A stretch of DNA of 64,000 nucleotides from assembly GCA_017936565.1 (NCBI GenBank), contig JAGBFG010000043.1, forward strand, positions 25,473 through 89,472, in the 5' to 3' direction. Under the pieces are notes generated by a model. That model did not search any database, was not told where the DNA came from, and saw only the letters and a program-made list of their open reading frames with translations. Origin of the DNA: Clostridia bacterium. Its GTDB lineage: Bacteria; Bacillota; Clostridia; Oscillospirales; CAG-272. This document shows, in pieces, positions 54,012 to 64,000 of this stretch; position 1 is the stretch's first letter, and every line of letters begins with the position of its first letter. Made by a program: the position numbers and the translations under genes.

Positions 54012-54803
54012 ATGACAACGCGCAAAATTGGCATAAACACCGACTTTATCGGACAGGAAATTTCTTTTGAAGAGGGCTACCGCGCGGTAAAGGAAGCGGG
54101 GTTTGAGGCTGTTTTTGTCTGCGATTTCATAGAAGAAACAACCGAGCGGCACATTGTAGCGGCAAAGGCAGAGGGGCTTTGCTTTGACACTCTACACGCC
54201 GATTGGGCTACCATCAACAATATGTGGAGCGAGGGCGACGAGGGCGAGCGCTTTTTGGAGAAAATGAAGGCAACCGTTGCCCTTTGCACCAAGCACCATA
54301 TTCCCACCGTCATCGTTCATTTGAGCAGCGGGGAAAATCCGCCCCACGTCAATGAGAAGGGCGCCTCTCGCTTTCACATGCTTGTTGCCGAAGCCGCAAG
54401 CAAGGGCGTGAAAATCGCCTTTGAAAACCAAAGAAAGCTTGACCATCTCGCCTATTTTATGGAATACTATCGCCAAAGCGAAACGGTGGGCTTTTGTTGG
54501 GATACGGGGCACGAGTCCTGCTTCACGATGGGAAAAATAGATTTTATGTCCTTATACGGTGAGAGGCTATGCGCCTTGCATATACACGACAACAACAAGA
54601 TATATAACGACGACGCGCACCTCATTCCCTTTGACGCACAAATTGACTTTTCCCGTGTCGCGCAAAAAATCAGGGAGTCAGGCTACGAGGGAACCCTGAT
54701 GTTAGAGCTGAAAAGGCACGCCTACGCGCACCTTTCCGTAAAGGATTTTCTGCGCCGCGCCTATCTTGCGGCCGCCAAGCTGCGCAACATGATTGACGGC
54801 TGA
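54012..54803 (+). CDS. Sugar phosphate isomerase/epimerase (xylose-isomerase-like TIM barrel)
   Basis: VIVHLSSG...IAFENQ...GFCWDTGHE...LHIHDN...LELK pattern of the AP endonuclease 2/xylose isomerase-like family. Confidence 0.7.
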   Translation: MTTRKIGINTDFIGQEISFEEGYRAVKEAGFEAVFVCDFIEETTERHIVAAKAEGLCFDTLHADWATINNMWSEGDEGERFLEKMKATVALCTKHHIPTVIVHLSSGENPPHVNEKGASRFHMLVAEAASKGVKIAFENQRKLDHLAYFMEYYRQSETVGFCWDTGHESCFTMGKIDFMSLYGERLCALHIHDNNKIYNDDAHLIPFDAQIDFSRVAQKIRESGYEGTLMLELKRHAYAHLSVKDFLRRAYLAAAKLRNMIDG

Positions 54804-54839
54804 TAAGAAAGCAAACAATTCTTTATACTTATAGAAAAA

Positions 54840-54876
54840 GGCTATCTCAAATTGCAAATTGAGGTAGCCTTTTTTG
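54840..54876 (+). terminator. rho-independent terminator
   Basis: GGCTATCTCAA (54840-54850) pairs with TTGAGGTAGCC (54859-54869; one G-U pair), followed by T6. Confidence 0.55.
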
Positions 54877-55075
54877 ATGAGCGTCAAATCTGACAGCCCC
54901 AAGGGGATAGGCAGATTTAGGCGAGATCAAAAAGCCCGATTGTAATTAATGGAGAGTTTCGTAGAAAATCCTCCTTAAAAACAGAAGAAAGCCTCCCTTT
55001 TGGAGAGGCTTATCTTGGATAAACAAATATTACTTTCTCGGGCTTTTTGGTGTCGGCAAATCTGACAACCCCTTT

Positions 55076-56272
55076 TTATACGCGGTCAATCTTAGCCTTT
55101 ACACGATAAGTCTTATCTAACGCCAAAAGCTCTCTTTCCACACGGGAAAGGATGTCCTCATTGCTGTCCTTAACCTCAAAGGGAACGGCAATGTCGAACA
55201 AGAGGTTGGAATGGGTCGGTCCCTGCACCAAACGGAAATCGTGAATGGTGATAGAGGGGTGAATGGCAGAAACCATCAGAGAAATTTTTTCCTTCAAGTC
55301 GTCCACCGATTTATCGCCTATCACAATGGGGTCCATATGGATGGTGGCTTGAATTTGCCATTCGTCAAGGAGTTCTTGCTCAATATTATCAATCATATCG
55401 TGCATTAAGTACACATCTTCCTTGCCGTCCACCTCGATATGCAAGGAAGCGACAACGGTTCCCGCACCATACTGATGAATACACAGGTCGTGTATACCGT
55501 AGACACCCTCATAGGAATGCACGGTGTTGATGATATTGTTGACAATTTCCTTATCGGGCGCTTTTCCCAAAATATCGTCCCAGGTTTCTCGCAAAATACG
55601 CACGCCCGCGACAAAGATAAAGAGGGAAACAAAAATACCGATCAAGCCATCAAGACTAAACGGCAGGTCAACAAAATATTCCACCACAGCCGCCACCAAC
55701 ACAACGGTGGTACAAAGAGCGTCGGAAAGGCTGTCAACCGCCGTCGCCCGCATCACAGACGAACCAATACGCTTGCCTATTTTCCGATTGAGCAGAGAAA
55801 GCCACAGCTTCACAAAAACAGAAACGCCAAGAACGATGGCGGTTATCAGAGAAAAGGCGGTTTCTTTAACTTTTTCTGCCTCGAAGATGGAAACGCAAAG
55901 CGTGCTTGCCGAGGTTTTCAGTAGCTCCACGCCAAGCATCAAAATCAAAAATGCCATAATCATTCCCGACACGTATTCCATACGCGCGTGGCCAAAGGGA
56001 TGGTCTCTGTCCGCAGGCTTCGCGGCGATGCGAAAGCTCACCAGGGAAACAAGGCAAGAGCCCGCATCCGACAAGTTGTTAAAGGCGTCCGCCTGGATAG
56101 AAACCAAGCCACTGGCAAGCCCCACCAAGAGCTTTCCCGCCGCCAACAAAAAGTTTAAGATAATGCCAATCACGCTAACCAGCATTCCGTAGGCACGGCG
56201 CACCCTTTTGTCCGCAATATCCTCATACCGAGGCACAAATTTACGCAACAAAAACTGTATCAAAAAAGTCAC
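55076..56272 (-). CDS. Cation diffusion facilitator (CDF) family metal efflux transporter
   Basis: Six TM helices with SIQADAFNNLSDAGS and the HxxxD-type motif (LSDALCT). The C-terminal cytoplasmic domain reads IHDLCIHQYGAGTVVASLHIEV. Confidence 0.85.
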   Translation of the reverse strand: MTFLIQFLLRKFVPRYEDIADKRVRRAYGMLVSVIGIILNFLLAAGKLLVGLASGLVSIQADAFNNLSDAGSCLVSLVSFRIAAKPADRDHPFGHARMEYVSGMIMAFLILMLGVELLKTSASTLCVSIFEAEKVKETAFSLITAIVLGVSVFVKLWLSLLNRKIGKRIGSSVMRATAVDSLSDALCTTVVLVAAVVEYFVDLPFSLDGLIGIFVSLFIFVAGVRILRETWDDILGKAPDKEIVNNIINTVHSYEGVYGIHDLCIHQYGAGTVVASLHIEVDGKEDVYLMHDMIDNIEQELLDEWQIQATIHMDPIVIGDKSVDDLKEKISLMVSAIHPSITIHDFRLVQGPTHSNLLFDIAVPFEVKDSNEDILSRVERELLALDKTYRVKAKIDRV

Positions 56273-56290
56273 CTCTTTATTCTTACAAAA

Positions 56291-56914
56291 TCATTTTGGG
56301 ACACGAGAACGCGGCGTACCCTTTAAGAAGGAGGAGATGTGCTTATATATCAAAAATGCCAAAAGGGTGTTGAGCATCCCCTTTGCAAATGTAAAAGGCA
56401 GATTAAAAACAAATAAGGATTTCAAAATGCTATCCACCGAGGGAAGCAATGCCTGATAAGCGCCGAGTATGGCTTCTTCGGGCATAAAATTATAATAAAT
56501 CGGGTACATCACGTAATAATTGGTCAAAACAGAAACCAACGCCATTGCCAGTGCCCCTGCCGTTGCTCCTATTAAAGCGCCCTTTCTTGTACGGAAGAAG
56601 TGATAGACCGCTCCTGCCGTTGCCACAAAGATGGAGCTGAGCAAAAAGTTAGACAATTCGCCGACACCGCCCGTGGTGGTAACCAAAAGATGCACCACGT
56701 TTTTAATCAAAACGACCAGAACGCCCCACAGCGGTCCTAAACCAAAGGAAGCAATAAGCGCAGGCAGGTCAGAAAAGTCCATCTCGATAAAAGAAGGAAT
56801 TAAAAAAGGAATGGGAAACTGCAAAAACATCATCAGAACAGATGAAACGGCAGAAAGCATAGCGGTCATAACAAGGCGGCGTGTTCTGCCCTTTAAGGTA
56901 TACTTCTCGTTCAA
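56291..56914 (-). CDS. ribU: ECF-transporter S component, riboflavin-type (RibU-like)
   Basis: RRLVMTAMLSAVSSVLMMFLQFPIPFLIPSFIEMDFSDLPALIASFGLGPLWG is typical of ECF S components. An FMN riboswitch lies directly upstream. Confidence 0.75.
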   Translation of the reverse strand: MNEKYTLKGRTRRLVMTAMLSAVSSVLMMFLQFPIPFLIPSFIEMDFSDLPALIASFGLGPLWGVLVVLIKNVVHLLVTTTGGVGELSNFLLSSIFVATAGAVYHFFRTRKGALIGATAGALAMALVSVLTNYYVMYPIYYNFMPEEAILGAYQALLPSVDSILKSLFVFNLPFTFAKGMLNTLLAFLIYKHISSFLKGTPRSRVPK

Positions 56915-56943
56915 GATTATTCTCCCTCATATATTAAAAATAA

Positions 56944-57105
56944 AATCCCCGCAGTAATATACTACGGGGATTTTTCAACCTTTGCTACTTCGCTCTTTTC
57001 ACATCCGGACTTTACCGTCGGTATAGGAGTTTCACCTATTCAACCGCAAACGCGGCTCACGGACTTTACCGTCGGTATGGAATTGCACCAATCCCCAAAG
57101 AAGCG
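56944..57105 (-). promoter_or_regulatory. FMN riboswitch (RFN element) with terminator
   Basis: Minus strand: GGGGATTGGTGCAATTCCATACCGACGGTAAAGTCCGTGAGC...GGTGAAACTCCTATACCGACGGTAAAGTCCGGATGTGAAAAGAG matches conserved RFN cores. A terminator hairpin at 56947-56969 is followed by a U-tract. Confidence 0.85.
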
Positions 57106-57121
57106 ATTAAAGTAATTTTAA

Positions 57122-58324
57122 TTAAGCCTTGATCTCGGCAACAACGCCGGAACCAACGGTTCTGCCACCTTCACGGATAGCGAAGCGCAGACCCTGCTCA
57201 ATAGCAATAGGAGTGATAAGATCAACGGTCATATCAACGTTGTCACCGGGACGGCACATTTCAACGCCTTCGGGAAGGCTGATGGTTCCGGTAACGTCGG
57301 TGGTTCTGAAATAGAACTGAGGTCTGTAACCGGAGAAGAAGGGCTTTTGACGGCCACCCTCTTTTTCAGTCAAAACGTAAACCTGACCAACGAACTTGGT
57401 GTGGGGGTTGATAGAGCCGGGCTTGCAAAGAACCTGACCTCTTTCGATTTCGTTCTTCTGAATACCGCGGAGCAAAGCACCGATGTTGTCACCAGCCTCG
57501 GCATAGTCCATCATCTTGTGGAACATTTCGATACCGGTAATAACGGTCTGCTTCTTCTCTTCGGAAAGACCAACGATTTCAACGGTCTCGGACATTTTAA
57601 CAACGCCTCTCTCAACACGACCGGTAGCAACGGTATCACGTCCGGAGATGGAGAATACGTCCTCAACAGGCATAAGGAAGGGAGAATCCTCGTTACGAGC
57701 GGGGGTAGGAATATAGGAGTCAACAGCATCCATCAATTCCTTGATAGGAGCGTACTCAGGAGCGCTTGCATCTCTGTTAGCGGACTCAAGAGCAGCACGA
57801 GCAGAGCCACGAACGATCGGAATATCGTCGCCGGGGAAATCGTACTCGCTGAGGAGCTCACGGATTTCCATTTCAACGAGGTCGAGCAACTCTTCGTCAG
57901 CGATGTCGCACTTGTTGATGAAAACTACGATAGCAGGAACGCCAACCTGGCGAGCGAGCAATACGTGCTCACGGGTCTGCTGGAGAGGACCGTCAGTACC
58001 TGCAACAACCAAGATAGCGCCGTCCATCTGAGCAGCACCGGTGATCATGTTTTTAACATAGTCAGCGTGTCCGGGGCAGTCAACGTGCGCATAGTGACGG
58101 TTAGCGGTCTCATACTCTACGTGACGGGTGTTGATCGTGATACCACGAGCTCTCTCTTCGGGAGCGTTGTCGATCTGGTCATATGCCAAGAACTCGATGC
58201 CTTCGTTGTCCAAGGAAAGGAACTTGGTGATAGCAGCGGTAAGAGTGGTCTTACCGTGGTCAACGTGACCAATGGTACCGATATTTACATGGGGTTTGGT
58301 TCTTTCGAATTTAGCCTTTGCCAT
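57122..58324 (-). CDS. tuf: Elongation factor Tu
   Basis: [33 protein letters not shown].... 400 aa. Confidence 0.97.
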   Translation of the reverse strand: MAKAKFERTKPHVNIGTIGHVDHGKTTLTAAITKFLSLDNEGIEFLAYDQIDNAPEERARGITINTRHVEYETANRHYAHVDCPGHADYVKNMITGAAQMDGAILVVAGTDGPLQQTREHVLLARQVGVPAIVVFINKCDIADEELLDLVEMEIRELLSEYDFPGDDIPIVRGSARAALESANRDASAPEYAPIKELMDAVDSYIPTPARNEDSPFLMPVEDVFSISGRDTVATGRVERGVVKMSETVEIVGLSEEKKQTVITGIEMFHKMMDYAEAGDNIGALLRGIQKNEIERGQVLCKPGSINPHTKFVGQVYVLTEKEGGRQKPFFSGYRPQFYFRTTDVTGTISLPEGVEMCRPGDNVDMTVDLITPIAIEQGLRFAIREGGRTVGSGVVAEIKA

Positions 58325-58378
58325 TTTGAAAATCTCCTTTTAAATAATTTTTTTATTATATTTTTTTGATAACTGAAT

Positions 58379-60511
58379 TTAGGAATTGCGCGCGCGCTTT
58401 TTGATAATTTCTTCCTGAATGTTGCGAGGTACCTCTGCAAAGTGGCTGGGTTCCATAGAATACAAGCCACGGCCCTGCGTCTTAGAACGAAGAGCGGTTG
58501 CGTAACCGAACATTTCAGCAAGAGGAACGGTGCTGTTGATCTGCTGAGCACCCGTCAAGGCATCCATACCCTCGATTTGTCCGCGGCGAGAGTTGATGTC
58601 ACCGATAACGTCCCCCATATAATCCTCGGGAACGATAACGGTTACACGCATCATAGGCTCGGTCAAAACGGGATCTGCTTTACGCATAGCCTCTTTGAAT
58701 GCCATAGAGCCGGCAATCTTAAATGCCATTTCAGAAGAGTCAACCTCGTGGTAAGAACCATCATAGAGGGTAACCTTTACGTCAACGACATTGTAGCCTG
58801 CAAGTACACCGCACTGCATAGCGCCTTGAATACCGGCATCAACCGCAGGGATATATTCCTTGGGAATAGCACCGCCTGTAACAGCGTTGATGAACTCGTA
58901 TCCCTTTCCGGGCTCGTTGGGCTCAATGGTGATCTTAACATGACCGTATTGACCCTTACCGCCGGACTGACGGGCATACTTGGTATCCTGGTCAACCTTC
59001 TTGCGAATGGTTTCCTTATAGGCAACCTGAGGAGCGCCAACGTTGGCCTCTACCTTAAATTCGCGCAAAAGTCTGTCAACGATAATTTCAAGGTGTAACT
59101 CACCCATACCTGCAATAATGGTCTGACCGGTGTCATCATCGGTGTAGGTGCGGAAGGTGGGATCTTCCTCTGCAAGCTTTGCAAGAGCAATGCCCATCTT
59201 TTCCTGACCTGCCTTGGTTTTAGGCTCGATGGCAACACGGATAACAGGCTCGGGGAATTCCATGGATTCCAGAATAACGGGGTTCTTCTCATCGCAGAAG
59301 GTGTCACCCGTCGTGGTGTACTTCACACCAACAACAGCGGCAATATCGCCGCAGAAGCAGGTGTCAATATCCGTTCTGTCGTTGGAGTGCATTTGAAGAA
59401 TACGACCAAAGCGCTCTTCCTTACCCTTGGTGGAGTTGTAAACAGCAGTTCCCTTATCCACGAAGCCGGAGTATACACGGAAGAAGCAAAGCTTACCAAC
59501 ATAGGGGTCGGTTGCGATCTTAAATGCCAACGCGGAGAAGGGTTGGTCGTCTCCTGCACGGCGCTCTACCTCTTCCTCGGAGTCAACACTCACGCCCTTG
59601 ATAGCGGGAATGTCCAAGGGAGAAGGCATATAATAAACAATGTTGTCCAAGAGCTTCTGGACACCCTTGTTTTTGTACGATGTTCCGCAGCAAACGGGAA
59701 CGATCATATTGGCGATTGTAGCCTTACGCAGAGCCTCGCGGATTTCATCGATGGTGATTTCCTCGCCGCCGAAGAACTTGTCCAAAAGGACGTCGTCCGT
59801 CTCTACAATAGACTCAATCATCTTATCGTGATATTCCTGCGCCATTTCCATCATGTCGGCAGGGATATCCTCTACACGCATGTCTTTACCAAGGTCGTCA
59901 TAATAAACATCGGCTTTCATTTCTACCAGGTCAATGATGCCGCGGAAGGAGCTTTCCACTCCGATGGGGAGCTGAATCGGCACTGCGTTTGCGTGCAATC
60001 TTTCCTTCATCATACGAACAACGCGGAAGAAATCCGCACCCGTAATGTCCATCTTATTGACATAAGCCATACGGGGAACCTGATACTTATTAGCCTGACG
60101 CCATACGGTTTCCGTCTGAGGCTCAACGCCGCCCTTTGCGCAAAGCACGGTTACAGAACCGTCAAGCACACGAAGGGAGCGCTCTACCTCAACGGTAAAG
60201 TCTACGTGTCCGGGCGTATCAATAATGTTGATACGGTGTTTGTTTGCTTTTACCTTTTCCGGATCGTTGTGATACTCGGAAAGTGCCCAATAGCAAGTGG
60301 TAGCGGCAGAGGTAATGGTAATACCGCGCTCCTGCTCCTGTACCATCCAGTCCATTGTTGCGGCACCGTCGTGCGTTTCACCGATACGGTGGGTCTTACC
60401 CGTATAAAACAAGATACGCTCGGTGGTTGTTGTTTTTCCGGCATCGATGTGAGCCATGATACCGATGTTACGCGTTCTTTCGAGAGAAACCTCTCTTGAA
60501 CCAAGTGGCAT
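58379..60511 (-). CDS. fusA: Elongation factor G
   Basis: [25 protein letters not shown]...DTPGHVDFT.... 710 aa. Confidence 0.97.
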   Translation of the reverse strand: MPLGSREVSLERTRNIGIMAHIDAGKTTTTERILFYTGKTHRIGETHDGAATMDWMVQEQERGITITSAATTCYWALSEYHNDPEKVKANKHRINIIDTPGHVDFTVEVERSLRVLDGSVTVLCAKGGVEPQTETVWRQANKYQVPRMAYVNKMDITGADFFRVVRMMKERLHANAVPIQLPIGVESSFRGIIDLVEMKADVYYDDLGKDMRVEDIPADMMEMAQEYHDKMIESIVETDDVLLDKFFGGEEITIDEIREALRKATIANMIVPVCCGTSYKNKGVQKLLDNIVYYMPSPLDIPAIKGVSVDSEEEVERRAGDDQPFSALAFKIATDPYVGKLCFFRVYSGFVDKGTAVYNSTKGKEERFGRILQMHSNDRTDIDTCFCGDIAAVVGVKYTTTGDTFCDEKNPVILESMEFPEPVIRVAIEPKTKAGQEKMGIALAKLAEEDPTFRTYTDDDTGQTIIAGMGELHLEIIVDRLLREFKVEANVGAPQVAYKETIRKKVDQDTKYARQSGGKGQYGHVKITIEPNEPGKGYEFINAVTGGAIPKEYIPAVDAGIQGAMQCGVLAGYNVVDVKVTLYDGSYHEVDSSEMAFKIAGSMAFKEAMRKADPVLTEPMMRVTVIVPEDYMGDVIGDINSRRGQIEGMDALTGAQQINSTVPLAEMFGYATALRSKTQGRGLYSMEPSHFAEVPRNIQEEIIKKRARNS

Positions 60512-60541
60512 AATCTTTTTCTCCTTGTTTTATTGGGTAAA

Positions 60542-61012
60542 TTAGAATTTGTAGTGAGCAAATGCTTTGTTTGCCTCTGCCATACGGTGCGTTTCTTCCT
60601 TCTTCTTGAAGGCTCCGCCCATTCCGGCTTTTGCATCCAAAATCTCTGCTGCCAATCTTTCAGCCATGGTTCTTTCACCACGGTTTCTGGAAGCGGCGGT
60701 CAACCAACGCAAACCTAATGTCTGACGTCTTTCCGCACGAACCTCCATAGGTACTTGGTAGTTAGATCCGCCGATACGGCGAGCCTTAACTTCCAAAACC
60801 GGCATTACATTTTCAAGAGCCGCCTGGAATACTTCCAGCGGATTCTGACCTGCCTTTGCTTCAACCGTTGCAAATGCGTCATATACAATTTTTTGGGCAA
60901 CGCCCTTTTTGCCGTCCAACATAATGTTGTTGATGAGCTTTGTAACCAATTTGGAATGGTACATAGGATCCGGCAAAACGTCTCTCTTGGAAATTTGACC
61001 TCTTCTTGGCAC
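60542..61012 (-). CDS. rpsG: 30S ribosomal protein S7
   Basis: (M)[49 protein letters not shown] 61012 lies 8 nt after AAGGAGG. The longer track ORF start is inside the RBS. Confidence 0.95.
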   Translation of the reverse strand: MPRRGQISKRDVLPDPMYHSKLVTKLINNIMLDGKKGVAQKIVYDAFATVEAKAGQNPLEVFQAALENVMPVLEVKARRIGGSNYQVPMEVRAERRQTLGLRWLTAASRNRGERTMAERLAAEILDAKAGMGGAFKKKEETHRMAEANKAFAHYKF

Positions 61013-61148
61013 TGTACTTCCCTCCTTCATTAAAATTATGATATCACAGGTACTCGAAGAAATGTCTTCGTTAGCGCTCGTCGGTGGGTTGATAAATAAA
61101 CATTTATAAATTCAACAAGCTTTGACGACACACTGTTTGATAGACAGA

Positions 61149-61565
61149 TTACTTTTTCTTGGGGCGCTTGGCACCGTATTTGGAACGGCCCTGCATACGA
61201 TTTGCAACTCCCTGCGCATCCAAGGTTCCGCGGATGATGTGATAACGGCATCCGGGCAAGTCACGAACACGTCCGCCGCGAATCAAAACGACGCTGTGCT
61301 CTTGCAAGTTGTGGCCAATACCGGGAATATAGGTTGTACATTCCAAGCCATTGGTCAAACGAACTCTGGCAATTTTACGAAGTGCGGAGTTCGGCTTCTT
61401 GGGGGTGGTCGTTGTCACTTTCGTGCAAACGCCTCTTTTCTGCGGCGCGTGATGATGCGTGGTAACATTGTTCAACGCGTTGAGCCCCTGTTGAAGCACA
61501 GGCGCTTTGGACTTATAAGTCGATTTAGCACGCCCTTGCTTGACAAGTTGGTTAAAGGTTGGCAT
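61149..61565 (-). CDS. rpsL: 30S ribosomal protein S12
   Basis: [25 protein letters not shown]...[19 protein letters not shown]...[20 protein letters not shown] 61565 follows AAAGGAGG. Confidence 0.96.
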   Translation of the reverse strand: MPTFNQLVKQGRAKSTYKSKAPVLQQGLNALNNVTTHHHAPQKRGVCTKVTTTTPKKPNSALRKIARVRLTNGLECTTYIPGIGHNLQEHSVVLIRGGRVRDLPGCRYHIIRGTLDAQGVANRMQGRSKYGAKRPKKK

Positions 61566-61694
61566 TTTTTTCCTCCTTTGCTGAATTTTCAAATGTCTAT
61601 TTACGCCCCGCTCGGTTGATAGCGAAGCATAACAGGAATGGACTTTCACGAGACTTTACAGTCAACTTCGTTGAAATCCATACTCCGACAAGGT

Positions 61695-61724
61695 ATTATA
61701 CCACTCAATTCTTCGATTTGTCAA
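61695..61724 (-). promoter_or_regulatory. sigma-A-type promoter of the str operon
   Basis: Minus strand: TTGACA (61724-61719), 18-nt spacer, TGg-TATAAT (-10 at 61700-61695). Confidence 0.45.
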
Positions 61725-61784
61725 GCGGCATAGCAGTTTTTTTGGTTTGTTCAAAAAAAGTTTTCAAAAAAGTCATTTTTTATG

Positions 61785-63356
61785 TCACGGTATTTCCGTT
61801 AAAGTGGAGAAAAGGCAGGAAATTCCCTCGTTTTCCCACGCGCCGAGAATCGTTTTTCCCTCTTCATTTACAAGCAGGGGCGTCAATTCCCTTGCCGAGA
61901 GAGTGTATCGCGCAAAGGGCGCGCGACACGAGAATAGAGGCGCGCCGTTTTCCGTCAAAAGACAAAAGCTCGGCTCTTCCTTTACCGTAATCACCGTGTC
62001 CTTCACGCGGTATTCGCCTGCCCTTTCCACCGAAACGGGCCACCCGATTTGGTCCTTCGGGCGCGGAAGCGTCAGCACCGCCGTTTGCGCGATGCTTGTT
62101 TTACCCTGCGCGTAGAGATACAAGGAAAGCCTATATACCGTCGGCTTCTCTGCCTTCGGGAAAAAGAAGGTGGGAAAGGGCGCCTGCGTGCAAAAGTCAG
62201 CGGTAACCTCTTTGACGGTCATGCCCTCTCGCTCTAACACGTAATGCGCCGTGCCGCCCTTCACCTTGGGCGACTGCCAAAGAGGAAACCGATGCTCCCC
62301 TTCATCTGAAATCAAATAGCAGGACTTGGAAAAGCCCACCTCCTGTCTTGTCGCGAGAAACGCAAGACGGCTTCCTTCCTGCATAGAGGAAGGAAAGAGC
62401 AGAAAAGAGGCATCGGACGAGGCGTGAAATTCCGTCAGCAAGGCGCTGTATAAGTCTTTTGTCCAAGCGGGAGCTTCTTGCCTTATGCCTTTTCCAAAAA
62501 GGCAGGGCATGTCGGTATAGAAAAGGCTATCCTTTTCCTGTTCAAGCAGTAAAAAGCCCAAGGGCGACTCTAAATAATCCAAAAGGGCGCGAAGCCCGTC
62601 TGAGAGGAGCTCTCTTTTGGCATATGCTTCCTTGCTCAAAAGAAAAACGAGAGAAAGCAAGGAAGGATGGCGCTCACGGTAGGCAGCCGCCTTCTCTGCT
62701 AAAAGCAAAAGGTGGGAAAAGGCGTTTTCCTCGTCTTCTCCCTCTGGCAGCGTCACCCAAACGCCCATACCCATTCTGTCACAGGCAGACAAAAAGGCTT
62801 CGCTGATGCTTTCTGGTGGGCAAGCCAGAAGAGAAACGCCCGCTCTTTGAAGCTCGCCTAGGGATGTCTCGGGTAAAGCGGGACAAAGCAAACCCACAAG
62901 CGAAAGAGGGTGACCGTTTTGACACAGTATATATCCCCTGTTTGTCTTTCTTTTAGTGTAAGAGGAAAAGCCGCAGAAAATTTCCCGTTTGTCCTCTAAT
63001 GCGCCCGTTTGACGCAAAAGCAGAATTTCCGCACTGTGCATAACGGGAGAAGAAATTTGCCACGCGCCCTTCCTTTCGGCAGGGAAAGAGAGGCTGACCT
63101 TGGCTTTTCCGTTTTCATCGAAGCTGCCGTATGTCACCTTCTCCTTGTTATCCAAGCGGACGCAAAGGGAAAAACGGGCGGTTACCTTTCCCGAAAGGCA
63201 CACCTCTACGACCCACGCTTTCCTTTTGGAATAAAAGCGGGTTTTCTCTATTTTGCTCTCAGCATACGGGAAAGAGGTCTTGCGGATGGTTTCCTTCCCT
63301 GATGCTCCCTCTGTATGTGCAACGTCATTCATATTTATGACCATATCTTCACTCAT
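61785..63356 (-). CDS. Hypothetical protein, weakly glycoside-hydrolase-family-2-like
   Basis: 523 aa. The segment GYILCQNGHPLSLVGLLCP...LQRAGVSLLACPPESISEAFLSACDRMGMGVWVTLPEGE is reminiscent of the GH2 sandwich-to-TIM-barrel junction. I could not locate the catalytic Glu motifs. Confidence 0.3.
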   Translation of the reverse strand: MSEDMVINMNDVAHTEGASGKETIRKTSFPYAESKIEKTRFYSKRKAWVVEVCLSGKVTARFSLCVRLDNKEKVTYGSFDENGKAKVSLSFPAERKGAWQISSPVMHSAEILLLRQTGALEDKREIFCGFSSYTKRKTNRGYILCQNGHPLSLVGLLCPALPETSLGELQRAGVSLLACPPESISEAFLSACDRMGMGVWVTLPEGEDEENAFSHLLLLAEKAAAYRERHPSLLSLVFLLSKEAYAKRELLSDGLRALLDYLESPLGFLLLEQEKDSLFYTDMPCLFGKGIRQEAPAWTKDLYSALLTEFHASSDASFLLFPSSMQEGSRLAFLATRQEVGFSKSCYLISDEGEHRFPLWQSPKVKGGTAHYVLEREGMTVKEVTADFCTQAPFPTFFFPKAEKPTVYRLSLYLYAQGKTSIAQTAVLTLPRPKDQIGWPVSVERAGEYRVKDTVITVKEEPSFCLLTENGAPLFSCRAPFARYTLSARELTPLLVNEEGKTILGAWENEGISCLFSTLTEIP

Positions 63357-64000
63357 TATATAGCGTCGAGCTCTTCCATAGAATATATATATAAATCCGC
63401 CGTCTGCTTCATTTTGTCAACAAAGCCCGCGCCAGACGAATCAAACACACCAACGGTGTACATTCCCGCTTCCTTTGCGGTGGCGATGGCGTGAATATTG
63501 TCATCCAGGAAGACTACGTCCTTGGTGGTCGCTTGCATTCTTTTGGCAGCCTCTATATAAATTTCGGGGTTTGCCTTTGTCAATCCGAAATCCTCCGAGC
63601 TCCAAACCTCGTCAAACAAATCGAACACACCCTCTCTCTTCAAGCAAGGGTCAAGCATTCTGTGTGGGCTCGCCGTTAAGACGTATAACCGACAGCCCTG
63701 CTCCTTTAAGCGATACAGGGCATCCTTCACGCCCGTCTTTAAGGAAATAACGTCCCTGTATTGCGGCAGGGCAACCCTATCGGCTTGCTCTATCATTTCC
63801 TCTCTGGTCATAGTAACGCCAAGCACGTCGATAAAATAGTCCATCGTTCCCCCGTCCCCCAGGGGCGTGATGATTTCAATGATATTATCGGGGTATTTTA
63901 CCCCTGCCGTTTGCAGAATTTCCAGCATTTTTCCCGACCAGCAGGGCATAGAATCCACCAGCGTTCCGTCAAAGTCAAATAAATAGAGCTTGCGTGTCAT
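63356..64000 (-). CDS. HAD-superfamily hydrolase (phosphatase)
   Basis: MTRKLYLFDFDGTLVDS (DxDGT motif I)...LTAS...FLDDNIHAIATAKEAGM (motif IV). The start codon is at the last bases of the window, and the gene overlaps the downstream gene start by 1 nt. Confidence 0.8.
   Translation of the reverse strand: MTRKLYLFDFDGTLVDSMPCWSGKMLEILQTAGVKYPDNIIEIITPLGDGGTMDYFIDVLGVTMTREEMIEQADRVALPQYRDVISLKTGVKDALYRLKEQGCRLYVLTASPHRMLDPCLKREGVFDLFDEVWSSEDFGLTKANPEIYIEAAKRMQATTKDVVFLDDNIHAIATAKEAGMYTVGVFDSSGAGFVDKMKQTADLYIYSMEELDAI

Noticed and set aside
57347-60499. Long + strand ORFs (340 aa at 57347..58369 and 370 aa at 59387..60499) opposite tuf and fusA
   Set aside because: They are antisense shadows of two of the most conserved genes known. 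This is a typical artefact of codon bias in highly expressed genes.
1-64000. CRISPR arrays, tRNA/rRNA genes, IS elements, transposases and integrases
   Set aside because: I saw no regularly spaced repeat array, no cloverleaf-like conserved tRNA motifs in intergenic regions, no rRNA-like stretches, and no ORF with DDE, tyrosine- or serine-recombinase motifs. tRNAscan-SE, Infernal and ISfinder searches would be the definitive check.

Overview
This 64-kb window is a chromosomal segment from a Gram-positive anaerobe. It is most likely a member of the Clostridia, judged from the SCIFF scfA/scfB pair, AAAGGA/GGAGG ribosome-binding sites, T-box and FMN leaders and overall gene content; taxonomy was not computed. 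About two thirds is ordinary housekeeping or accessory metabolism. This includes AraC plus a MATE pump, tex, a sugar ABC ATPase, a multidomain flavodiiron protein and a galactofuranose-type polysaccharide cluster (glf, wzx, a Wzy-like protein, several GTs). It also includes rimO-pgsA, ileS with a T-box leader, scfA/scfB, proBAC, a CDF transporter, an FMN riboswitch with a RibU-like gene, and the str operon (rpsL-rpsG-fusA-tuf). The stand-out region is 26.4-44.4 kb. It holds a tightly packed, single-strand array of phage structural genes: small and large terminase, portal, scaffold-like and capsid-like proteins, adaptor/nozzle-position proteins, two fibre-like proteins and XkdX. Unknown membrane proteins follow in the slot where a lysis cassette normally sits. 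At the far end is an XRE/S24 self-cleaving repressor with divergent promoters and repeated GTTGC-N7-GCAAC palindromes. No integrase, replication genes, tail tube, tape measure, prohead protease, holin or endolysin could be recognised. I therefore read it as a short-tailed, domesticated or GTA-like phage-derived particle locus, or alternatively a decayed prophage. Inside it, four copies of a hairpin lie directly against an SD-like AAAGGA and 10-13 nt before start codons, with compensatory base changes between copies. Smaller oddities are an orphan HPr-kinase-like/PqqD pair, a DUF5685/J-domain pair, iteron-like tandem repeats and a GT2-GT4 fusion. No rRNA, tRNA, CRISPR array, IS element or transposase was seen. 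All functional calls come from reading the translations and motifs by eye, without any database search.
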